A stretch of DNA of 63,953 nt, counting the filler, from Kipferlia bialata (Eukaryota): NCBI GenBank assembly GCA_003568945.1. It is 7 parts of 7 records of this genome, joined end to end, with 100 filler letters (N's around TTAATTAATTAA, not from the genome) between each part and the next. Parts side by side here need not be neighbours in the genome. Positions count along the whole stretch, not along the records: positions 30,623 to 42,550 come from BDIP01001155.1; positions 42,651 to 54,567 come from BDIP01001157.1; 5 more parts are not named here. The stretch is one strand, 5' to 3'. Made by a program: the position numbers and the translations under genes. Shown here piece by piece: positions 38,170 through 49,748 of the stretch; the stretch's first letter is position 1; each line of letters opens with the position of its first letter. The notes below the pieces were generated by a model. That model saw only the letters and a program-made list of their open reading frames with translations. It had not been told where the DNA came from and searched no databases.

Positions 38170-39228
38170 TCATGTTATGAAGGGGGTCCACTCTCCCTCC
38201 ATAGCCTCTGTCTCCAGAGAGGAATGGTCTGACTGCACCCCATCCCTCTGTGCAGCTGATGTCCGACTCCCACGGGACATTGTAGAGAGCCCCCCGATCC
38301 CTGCCCCCTCCGCAGCAATGTCCACACCAACATCACTCTTGGTCTCAGAGGAGGCCTTTGAAGCAGCTCGGACTGGAATCTCAGTGGGACTCTCCCTCTG
38401 AGTCCTAAGGGCATGGGCAGTAGCCAGTCTCTCTGTCAGTGGAGTATCAAGAATGCTACTGATGTTCTTTGAGACCCTCTTTGAGACAGGATTGCATCCC
38501 AGGTTGATCTAGGGTTAGTAGCTGTACATCCAAGGCAAAATGTATTGGCATTGTTATGACAGAGAGAGATAGGAATCAGAGCTGTACCTCGGTCAGGTAC
38601 GGCATATATGGGAGAGCTCCTGCTAACACCCTGGCACCGTTCGTACAGATACCATTCCCTAGGATGTCTAGCTGACTGTCAGACCCAATGTTGTCTAGCG
38701 AGCATCTGGAGATATCTAATTCTTGGGACTGCTACTCACCAGCTCTAGATGGTTCAATGACTTTAGGCCGGTCGCCAGTGCGGTTGCGGCCCGGTGGTCG
38801 ATTCCAGCTGACTTTACATACAGCTTCAAGTGAGGAAGGCGGTGTATTTGGGAGTCTCTAACACAATATCGGAAAGATGGATACATACTCTCTTGAGGTT
38901 TGGTAAGTGTGGCAAGGCCGAAGCTAGTGCGACAAACCCCTGGCTGCAAAGGTCGCAACCGTTCAGGTTCAGCTGAAGGTGATGATAGTTCCAAAGGAAG
39001 CACGAGAGTATGCGTCCCACTCTGACATAACAAAGCATATGCTCCCCTAGAATACCGACCTTAAGACAGTCTTATGTCTCATACCTCTGTCCCACCATCC
39101 TTTCTGCACACCTTGATTCCGGCCACCACCCAGTGCCCCACTGTGTTCCCAAACATATGGGGTGCCTGACCCCAGGCACTGTCCAGCACCTCTGAGTAGT
39201 ACACCTCCCACTCCACCTCTGACCACAT
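38170..39228 (-). CDS. RI-like leucine-rich repeat protein, 5 visible exons (start may lie further upstream)
   Basis: LNLNGCDLCSQGFVALASALPHLPNLKR|LYVKSAGIDHRAATALATGLKSLNHLEL|LDILGNGICTNGARVLAGALPYMPYLTE|INLGCNPV...; the LRR exons are 84 nt and phase 0. Confidence 0.82.
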
Positions 39229-39733
39229 CCCAAGGAGTTGGGAACAGGAGATGTGCGATGGGCCTAATATAGAAATAGTTTCAAAACCCTGCGTACTCAG
39301 GACAGAGTAGAAGACCTCATAGAGGAGTGTTTCTTATATATTGACACTGGTTCATTGTCCAGCGCATGTTGGTTCCTATCTCTACCGTAAGTGACATCCC
39401 TGCGACCCTTTGTCAAGGCCTCCGTATTACGATATATACGGGATACAGGACATGGATACGTCGTATCATACGAAGTACTATCTCACCCTGTCACTTACAT
39501 TCTTTCTTTGCTTTTGAGGTACTGTTGATACTGTTAGCTTGACACAATAGATACCTTCTTAGGTGGCCAACTACTACCCAACAGTACACCACTAGATGCC
39601 GGCTCACTAAAAGATTGCTCGAGAGAGCTCATAATGGGGAGACACCGGCTGAAATACAGACTCCTTTTATACAAGTGCCGTACAATTACGTTCTTCGACA
39701 ACAAGAGAGGTTCCTAGAGTACAACTCCACACC

Positions 39734-40786
39734 ATGCCAAGTGTCGATGTGCACATACACGACATCCCTGACGTCGTTGATGCCATTGTGCGAATCGGAG
39801 ATAACCAAGCACTTGTGATAGGAGGAAACAAAATTACTGAGGCAGAGTGGGGGTGTGTTAGGGTATCAGTTGTACTCACACTCCTAAGTGATGGTACCAT
39901 TGAGAGTGAGACCCCCGTGCACTGTCCGGTTCCCATGTCTACTAGAGAGTTCTCCACATGTGCCGTCGGTAACGATGTGTATGTGTATGGGGGACGACAC
40001 AAATTGTGTGGAGCGCGTATACTCAATGACATGTATCTATACACAACAGACACTGGTGAGTGGAGACTAGTGCCTAAGAGAGGGTTATGGCCAGCAGCTC
40101 TGGTATTTCTCACAACCTTCTCCTTGGAGGACTCGTTGTACATGTGTGGAACTGGACGTACATCTCCAAATGCGGTTGAATTCTGGAGGTATACGTCACT
40201 GACTGGATGGCACAGAGTCACACCACCAGAGGGGAAGATACCAAACCTTGTTGACAGTTGTGTCACAGCAGGCAACGTAGCCTACTTCATCCACGAATAT
40301 CGGCGTATGACTCATACTATGAGTACATTCACACTGCCTTCTCGATTTTACTGTCAAATTGACTGTCAAATTGACACAGACTCTGTGACAGAGTTTCGTT
40401 TCGAGAATGCGTTCCTGTCATCTTTGGTACAGCCAGCTGTTGCTTATGGGAGGAGCATTATTGTCACAATTAGGAAGTACAGTCCCATTGGTTTGCCAGA
40501 ATACACTGACCATGTGTATGATATGGTGTCAGGTGAGTGGGTGCACTCCCAACAGTCTGTATGGACGGACCTCTGGAGGCAGTCAAGCTCAAATACGCAC
40601 ACATGCTGCATGTGTGACACATGCATGATATGGCCTAGCACTGTGTGGTGTGTGGCGGATTACCGTTATTCTTGCGAAGAAGCCAAGCGACCCCCGAAGG
40701 TAATGGCTTGGCAGTTAGCGCAGGAGAGGTGGGAAGACTGGGGTGAAGGGATGATATGGTGGATGGATGATATGACCATGGGGTAG
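39734..40786 (+). CDS. Intronless Kelch-type beta-propeller protein (350 aa)
   Basis: STREFSTCAVGNDVYVYGG...LNDMYLYTTDTGEW and VYDMVSGEW are Kelch-like motifs. Confidence 0.8.
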   Translation: MPSVDVHIHDIPDVVDAIVRIGDNQALVIGGNKITEAEWGCVRVSVVLTLLSDGTIESETPVHCPVPMSTREFSTCAVGNDVYVYGGRHKLCGARILNDMYLYTTDTGEWRLVPKRGLWPAALVFLTTFSLEDSLYMCGTGRTSPNAVEFWRYTSLTGWHRVTPPEGKIPNLVDSCVTAGNVAYFIHEYRRMTHTMSTFTLPSRFYCQIDCQIDTDSVTEFRFENAFLSSLVQPAVAYGRSIIVTIRKYSPIGLPEYTDHVYDMVSGEWVHSQQSVWTDLWRQSSSNTHTCCMCDTCMIWPSTVWCVADYRYSCEEAKRPPKVMAWQLAQERWEDWGEGMIWWMDDMTMG

Positions 40787-41525
40787 ACAATTTCTTCCGT
40801 ATACATAGATACAGTTTGCATGTTAGGAACAAATGCATCGCAATGCCCACAGTGACTGTGACAGACTGTCACTGACAGTCCTCCACGTCAAATCTTCTTT
40901 GCTGTTGGAAAAATCATGTTGGATTCCAAGTTGGAGTACATTATACTAGTACTCAATTGACAAGCACTAATGCACATACTTCCGGAGTTCTGTATGGCAG
41001 GCATATGTATTTGCTCCATGATACTGTTGTGGGCCACAACTGGTGTGGACTCCACTATGTGGCATTACTGTTGGGACAAATATTACTTCAACATTTATCT
41101 TCCACATGATACCATCACCCCCACCGGTGACACCACCCAGTCCCTATCACTAGCAGATGTCTTGACCTACACAGACAAGCTTGCGTCTGACAGAGGTTGG
41201 AACATCAAGATATAGGAGTGAATGACATTCACGCCTTCCATACTGTCTCCAGCATCCTCTGATAGAGTAGACAAGTGGATAAGGTCCCCACTAAACACAG
41301 TCCCATTCACAGTGATGGACACGGGGCAGTGACACTCCTTTTGGAGATCAGACAACACTATCACAGGAACCAGACAGAGGTACACCCTCTCTCGGTACTG
41401 GAAGGGGGGTACATATTCCTCTGTAGTCAACTGGCGCAAAGGACATTGACCATCCCTTGACAATAACCCATGCATACGCATGAGTTCTGGACACACACAG
41501 TGTCTGTCTCTCTTACACACTGTGT

Positions 41526-42450
41526 CTAGTCGTCACTCTGGCTGAGCAGACCCAGCTCCTCCTCCTCAATGGTGAGGCCTAGGTGTGAGTATGAATGTTC
41601 AGGGGTACTACAGGCTAATACATAGAGGGGCATGTGGAATAGAGACCTATACCTGGTACAGATGCATGGGCCATGGCCTCCTGGTCTCTCTCTCTCTCTC
41701 TCTCCCTCTCTCTCTCCCTCTCTCTCTCCATCTGTCTGCTGCGGTGGTTGGTGGAGGGGTGGTCAATCACCATCTCACACCTGGGGGGTCAGGGGCATAG
41801 ACATATGCATATACCATTATTATGAGATGGATATATATATATATATATATACACATACCTCTGGAGTGATGAGATTGACCCCTGTGCCAGTACCCCTCTC
41901 TCCTGGCAGTGCCTCACAAGGGCAGACCAGCCTGGGATCAGAGATGAGAGGGAGAGAGAGAGAGAGGGGGACAGTGCCTCACAAGGGCAGACCAGCCTGG
42001 GATCAATACGCACATATATGTATATATATGGATAGATAGAGAGAGATACATAATGCAACCCACCTGCGTCTCTGCTGAGCACCCTTGCGTTACCAAGGAC
42101 AATGCATGCAAAGCGACCCCTGGTGAGGGCAACATTCATCCTGGGGTGAGGTGGAATAGCCTCGGAGTGTATTGGGTATGTATACTAGTGTATATATGTA
42201 CCTTCTGAGGTCACTGAGGAACCCGATCCCCTGGCTGCCCGTCCTGACACAGGAGAGCACAATCACATCCTTCTCACGGCCTGGGGGGTGGGCTTTGCAA
42301 CATATACGTGTAGAAGTACACCAATAGAAGTATGTAGTGTAGGATATACATATCCAACAGTAGCAGGGTATCTATGAGTGCGTACCCTGGAAGGAGTCCA
42401 CGGATGCAATCTCCATATCGACAAGAGCGGTGGGTCCTAGGAGACCAGCC
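41526..42450 (-). CDS. UPF1/Sen1-like (DNA2/NAM7) superfamily 1 helicase, C-terminal exons only
   Basis: EIASVDSFQG|REKDVIVLSCVRTGSQGIGFLSDLRR|MNVALTRGRFACIVLGNARVL...WSALVRHCQERGVLAQG covers motifs V and VI, and reads closest to UPF1. Confidence 0.88.
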
Positions 42451-42492
42451 CTGAGGGGTGAGATACATGGTCATTGAGTATATATACGCAAT

Positions 42493-42550
<58 letters not shown>

Positions 42551-42650
42551 NNNNNNNNNNNNNNNNNNNNNNNNNNNNNNNNNNNNNNNNNNNNTTAATT
42601 AATTAANNNNNNNNNNNNNNNNNNNNNNNNNNNNNNNNNNNNNNNNNNNN
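42551..42650. other. Artificial contig-joining spacer
   Basis: N44-TTAATTAATTAA-N44. Confidence 0.97.
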
Positions 42651-42743
42651 GACTGTCCCACCTGTTCCCAGTGTCATACACGGACATAGAGGTATATAAC
42701 TATCATTACACAAGTATCATTATACACTGATATAGAAATATAG

Positions 42744-42787
<44 letters not shown>

Positions 42788-42795
42788 AACCCTAG

Positions 42796-44773
42796 GTCTA
42801 CTGTGACCTGTATGAGTACAACACGGTGTCAGGTGGACTTAGGAGACAGGAGAGGGTGTCGGGGGATGACTACTCGATAGAGTTGTCTGCAGCAGTGGGA
42901 GAGTACTCAGCGGATGAGTCATACTCCAAGGTATATATACTGTCTATATGTATGTATATATATAGAGAGAGAGACAGGAGAGGGTGTCAGGGGATGACTA
43001 CTCGATAGAGCTAAGTGCCGCAACTGGGGCATACAGTGCTAGTGAGTCATACTCTAAGGTATATTTATGTATGTGGCATACAGTGCTAGTGAGTCATACT
43101 CCAAGGTATAAGTGTATGTGATATGTATGGTATTTACCGGTCGTATTCTAATCCGAGGTTGTCGTATCTATGTTTCTACTGTCACTGATACAGATGGGGC
43201 AGACTACATACACACACACACTCCATGTATATGTATGTGTGTGTACTAACCCTAGATCGTAGTCCCTGGTGCCACCTCCACCTTCACACATGGGACAGAC
43301 TACTCTCTCTCTCTCTCTCTTGCTCTCTTTATCTCTCTCTCTATGTATATATACTCACTCTAGGTTGTGATATCCGGTGCCACTCCTACGACCAGTACAG
43401 ATGGGGCAGACTACACCATATACGCAGGGACAACGAGCTCGGTGTACCTGGCACTGCTAGATGAGTACGTATACTACATACACCTAAACATTTGTAACTA
43501 TATATGTAAACATATGTATATATACGCACTACTGGACGAGTGAGTATATATAGACACTCTGTCCCTATAGCCTATGTATCTATACATATGCAATCTTTCT
43601 AATATATATATTGTATATAGACGCAGAGGCTTACTCTAGATACGGCATCAGTATTCTAGCCGATACCTCTGCCTCAGAGTACCCCCTGGTCATATATATA
43701 CTGTATACAGTACATGATTGTACTATATATAAACACACTACTACACACTCACTATATAGGTATGGTATCAGCATCCTAGCCGACACCTCTGCCTCAGAGG
43801 ACACCCTGGTCACAGGCACTCTGGATGTGACACTGGACAGCAGAGAGACATCGCAGGTACTAGAGATAAGAATGTATATCTATTGAACTCTATGTGTACC
43901 TGTATATTCACTAACTGTTTACGCTTTATCACCTCCCACCCCAGGTCGGGTCCAGGGTCACAGATATATATCATATGTACATACGTGTACTATATATATA
44001 TATATATATATATTTATCATTTATATATCCTATGCATTACTCACCCCAGGTCGGGTCCAGGGTCACCGACATGATCGACACAGACGGGGTGAGTGTGTAC
44101 ATATATATACTTATATGTATATGCGTATATATACTATGTATATACATGTATTGTCATACATACCGTGTCACAGACGTGATCGACACAGACGGGGTGGGTG
44201 GTGGGTATATTTCTCAGTCAGTGTGTATATATAGTTCACTTCCTGATATCCAATAACATAGTCCTTGTCTCTGAGGCATCTCTCCCTCTCTCCCCCCCCC
44301 CTCTCTCTCTACCTATATTCCTCACATCAGATCTCCTATAACATAGCCACTGCCCTTGTCTCCGAGGCATCCTTTGAGACAGACACAGTCCGGATCAGTC
44401 ATGAGGTATGGGTAAATATACAATACTATTGTACTGATACTTGATTTAATATTCATAGTGAATATTGCATTGCAAACATGAGTGTGCCTTTACCCCAGGT
44501 CCGCTTTGACGGGTACTCTATGCTGACATACGAGGGCACCAACACATTCATGACTGGGACTGAAGGTACTCTAATATTGATATAGACATTTGATTCTTTA
44601 TACATGTGGAGGGTACCTCTCTGTCTCTCTCTCTCTCTCTCTCCCTAGACCCTTATTTCAGGCTATCTTGTCCTCCCCTGTGAGTTGAATATACTAACCT
44701 CTCTCTCTCCCTCTCACTCTCCCTAGACCCTTATTTTCAGGCTATCTAGTCTTACCCTTCGAGTTGATTTTGC

Positions 44774-44813
<40 letters not shown>

Positions 44814-47800
44814 ATACCCTTACTTCAGGCTATCTTGTCCTCCCATTTGAGTTGAATGTTGCTGGGGAGTATACTGCCACTCTCTCTCTGCCTGTGTCCG
44901 AGTCCGAGACTTCGCTGGGGCCAAGCTCCTACTCATTCTCAGTGAGTATATATATACATATATATATTTATACATATATATATATATATAGTCACAGCTC
45001 ATATGTACTTTCTTTATTTGCATTTATATACTGAATACTATTCCTGAGTCCGATGCCCTGGGCCAAGCTCCTACTCATTCTCGGTGAGTATATATATTCC
45101 TAGTCTTAGTGTATATAGTATATACTATGTATGTGTATATACTATAGTGTGTTCCTTGTCTGACTCCGATGAATTCATACACTTAGTATGAAATGCTATT
45201 TACTCTCACATACAAATTATACTAATGTATAGGTCAGTGTGCAGCCCGGTATCACCATCAGCACTGTAGAGCTAGGGGGTGACCCAGACCCAGTGGTGGG
45301 AGGGGCCACTCTGCCAGTACTAAACAGCGAGGTATATAGAGTATGAATATGTGTATATATGTGTATATGATATGAATTTTGTACATATATATTGTGACCC
45401 AGACCCAGTGGTGGGAGGGGCAACACTCCCAGTGCTCAATAGTGAGGTACTGTATATACAGTGTATATACACTGTATTTATGTATATACATGTATATAGT
45501 GTAGTGAATGTATATATGTGGTGATTCCGACCCTGTGGGGTGTCTAAAGACAAAGAGTGTAGTGTAGTATACATGTTTCAATATATGTCATCTGTACCCT
45601 CTCTCTCTCTCTCTCTTACCCTAGAGCTCTAGTGTGACAGTGTCTGGCACCACCACCTATGCCCCCTCCGTACCCTCATGGGTGTCATCCACTGCTACAG
45701 AGTTCCTAACCCTGTCTGCCGCCATGCCATACGGCATAGTGCTGTCAGGTAATACATGTATATATACATATATCGTGTATCTTTGTATATAGTGCGCGTG
45801 TATATGTACAAGTGCATTGAGTTCGTAACCCTGTCTGCCGCCATGCCATATGGGATAGTATTGTCAGGTATATCTAACCTATACATAACTATCCCATGTA
45901 TCATGTGTATGATTTATATGTATGTTCAAGTGTATCCATTGGGATCGTGTCTATGTCTACCTCCATGTCCTATGGCATAGTGTCATTAGGTACTGAGTAC
46001 ACCGTTCAGTGTCTGTATATATAGTGCACTTCTCACCCCAGGCTACGATACCGACATGAACATCACCCCCAACGACTACTCTGGTGTAGTATATATATAT
46101 GTCATATGTGTAATATATATATATATTTGTAAATGGATATATTAGTCATATAGTGCACTTACACTAGGGTATGATACAGACATGAACATCACCCCCAACG
46201 ACTACTCTGGTGTCTCAGCCCCCTCCCTGACAGTGGCCAATGCACTATCCACCTCTGCCTCCATGCTAGACTACGCGATAGATGAGGCGGGTCGTATCAG
46301 AGCCACAGTGGCGTCATACCTCCCATACTGCAGTGAGAGTGCACCCTTGACACTGGCCTTAGATGTGTCATCTGCCTCGGAGGTATGTATATTTTTTTTT
46401 TCTCTCTCTCTCTCTGTTTCTGCATTGGAGGTTAGGATCTCTCATATTCACACACACACACACACTCTCTCTCTATATATACATATGTGGATGGCGCTGG
46501 AACTCGATTTGTCTGTGTGAGCATCCCATTCACTCTCTATCCCCTGTCTGTTCTCTCTCTCTCTCTCCCCTCCCTCTCTATTGTTCTAACCATAGGTGTA
46601 TGTATGTGTCCCCTTCACATTATATCCACTGTCTGCTGCTGACATGCTATCAACAGCCACGCAGGAGGGGTACACATCGTGGTACAGACCTGACACATGG
46701 TGAGTGGTTATATTTACTTAATTTTAATATAGTCATGTATACATTATATAGTATACATAGAGAGAGAGAGACACATCGTGGCACAGACCTGACACATGGT
46801 GAGTGATATATACATTATATATATATATATATGTGGGTGTGATACAGTATACACAGAGAGATAGAGAGGAGAGGTACACATCATGACACGTTGTGAGTGT
46901 CATTACTACATATATATGTAGTAGATACACTATAGTACATGGTTTCCGTGTTCTCACTCCAAGGTCTGCTGGTGTCTACACGGGTGGCACCGTCCACTCC
47001 CCAGGGTCCAGTATATCAGACAGCATTACACCTGTGTACGGAGAGACCCACGGCCTCACACCCCTAGAGATGGGAGTAGCATCCACCCTCTCAGACACTG
47101 TACTAGCACACCTCACCCTATCGACAGACACCACTGTAGACGCTGACGGTGTCTCTCTCAGATACTACAGGGTGGATACAACCACTCTAGAGATTGAGTA
47201 CTATGAGCTACCCTTGCCTGTGAGTACATTGAGCTCCGATCTAGACACCTTGTCTGTTATTGATGTGGCCTGTACCGACGCCGGGGTGGACTTTAGCCAT
47301 GGGACTGATACTGGTAGTGACAGTGATACATACACTGGGTACCCACTGAGGTGCATAGAGCAGCTGCTGGACAGTGTGCACTGGGCCAACGGTGGCACAA
47401 TATGGCACTCACTTGAGGTATATATATATATATATATATATAGATAGATATATATAGATAGATATTTAGATATGATACATAGAGCAGCTGTTGGACAGTG
47501 TTACACTCCTTTGAGTACATGTATATTATCAGACTTCTTAGTGTGTCCTCCCTCATCTCTAGATATCTGTGTGACTTGCCCCGTATGTCCATACCATGTA
47601 TATATACATATATACATGGTATAGTGTAGCCATACGTATCTAACTCTAGATCTCTGTATGGCTAGCCCCCTCCGCTACTGAGTCATTAGAGTACAGACCA
47701 GTCTTGGACAGTGACCCAACATCCACAGAGACCTCTCTCCAGTACGCATCGATAGGCCTAGCACCCTATAGTGCTACAGAGGTCCTGTACACACAGCTCT

Positions 47801-49463
47801 ACTACACAGTAGATACCCTACCTGACACTGTGAGTCTACTGGATCTAGCCACTGCCTTTGTAGACCTTGGTGTATCCGACGCTGATGGTAACATACATAG
47901 CTATGACGCCACTGGAGTCAGTGGTACCATCTATCAGTACATGGATATCGAGACCATATCCCCCCTGACACTGTCCCTCTCTGATACGTGTACGGGGAGT
48001 GACCTTGATAGTGAGTACTACGTATCAGTGGACATACTCACCGGAGGGGGTACCTTCAACCTAGAGTGCGTCACTCTATCGGGTGTGTTCACTGGCTTGG
48101 TGCCTATCTCTGTCACATTACGCGGCCCCAGTGCCTCTCGCACTCTGCTATCAGTCTACTACACCCCTGTCCTGTCTCCAGTTCTACTGGACGCAGCGAC
48201 TGGGGTGCTGATAGAGAGTGAGAGTACTACAGCGACCGAGGAGAGCACAGTGTCGACAGATGTGACGTATGGCTCGCTGCATGAGTTCTCGTTCGATACA
48301 GTGCTTACGGAGGACCAGGCTGATGTGTTTATAGCGGGTGGCATACCCTACACCCACAGCCTGTTCTCCTCTGAGCCTGTGATACCCTACCAGACATTCG
48401 ACCCACCCACTCTGGCACCTATTGGGTTGAATATCACGATAGGTGTGTATATGTATATGGATGTATATGTATATATATATATATATACATTTATTTATAT
48501 GTACCCTACCAGACACTCGACCCGCCCACACTGTCGCCAGTGGGGTTAAACATAACCATAGGTGTGTGTGTATCTGTATACGCATACGTCATTATGATGT
48601 GACTGTATATATGTATGTGTTGTGTCTGATCCCAGGCACGCAGGAGTTCTGCACGTCCTCGTACCCTAGCGATGCAGTGGAGTCAGACAGACAGAGTATA
48701 GTGGAGAGTGCACTACTATCCAGTGTTGACACATCAGGTAGAGCATCAAATATATATATATATATATATGAATGTATTATATATATATATAGTATAATAG
48801 TAACCCTCAGGTGATGGGGAGAGTGATACGCGGGACACAACCTTCAGTCTCACTGGGGTATCCGCCACACACGGTACAGTCACACTGCTATCGAGTGAGG
48901 TCACATACACTGTAGATTCCTCCTTACCATACACATGCGGGTACTACGGCGGTACAGTCGAGTACTCACTCCCCTACTCCCCTATACTCGACAAGGGTAT
49001 ATCAGGGGATGAGGTGGTTGTGGAGCTAGAGTACAACAGTGACACGGTGTACAGGTTGATAATGCCCATATCCATACAGACAGTGTATGCAGACGCCCAG
49101 TGGTGGACATACACGAAGCGAGTGGTGGTGTGGACTATAATAGTGTTCATACTTGTCACAGCCTGTGTGACTGGCCTTGTGTTGCGTGTAAGGAGTGTGG
49201 CTGAGAGGAGAAGGAGGCAGCGAGAGAGAGAGCTCAAGCTAGAGGCTAGGGAAAGGGCGTTAAGGGTGGGTAGGGAGGGTACTATGGGAGATGCGAGGGA
49301 GATGGCTGTGATAGTGGAGGGTATTAGGACAAGCACCCACTTTAGACGGTCAGTCTCCATGCGGTCTCACTCCGTGGCGCACTCGCATACCCCAGTAGTC
49401 TATGCCTCGCCAGTCATACTGCCCAATAGCACATTCGATGATGAGGGGAGGGGGTATAGGTAG
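42796..49463 (+). CDS. Type I single-pass membrane/surface protein, 5' partial, Ser/Thr/Asp/Tyr-rich ectodomain, many exons
   Basis: Exons give a beta-strand-like acidic ectodomain, then the TM segment VVVWTIIVFILVTACVTGLVL and a basic stop-transfer RVRSVAERRRRQ. Stop at 49463. Confidence 0.72.
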
Positions 49464-49748
49464 AGGGGAATCGGTGATATCCACCAGTGTAATTGTACTT
49501 CAAATAGAGATACCATCGTTTCCTTTTCTGATAGTCTGTCTGAGACAGAAGAAAGCAGTTGTATACATTATTGGAGTTGATACTCTAATGCAGGCGAGAT
49601 TTACGTCTCATTACAATATCCCGAGTCTCATATATAGGAACACCTATAACATTGCCTACGTCTATTGAAATCGCGTCAGCCACCTACTGCCGGAATACAA
49701 ATCTAGCCTCCGCTTCCCCTATATCTGTGGATATACACACATCTGCAG

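Noticed and set aside
25586..38190. Two proteins ending near a WTP motif (IKWTP*, GEWTPFIT*)
   Set aside because: A three-residue match between unrelated proteins on different contigs is likely chance.
40970..41460. Possible small gene or pseudogene between the Kelch and helicase genes
   Set aside because: I could not build a consistent spliced frame or recognise a domain.
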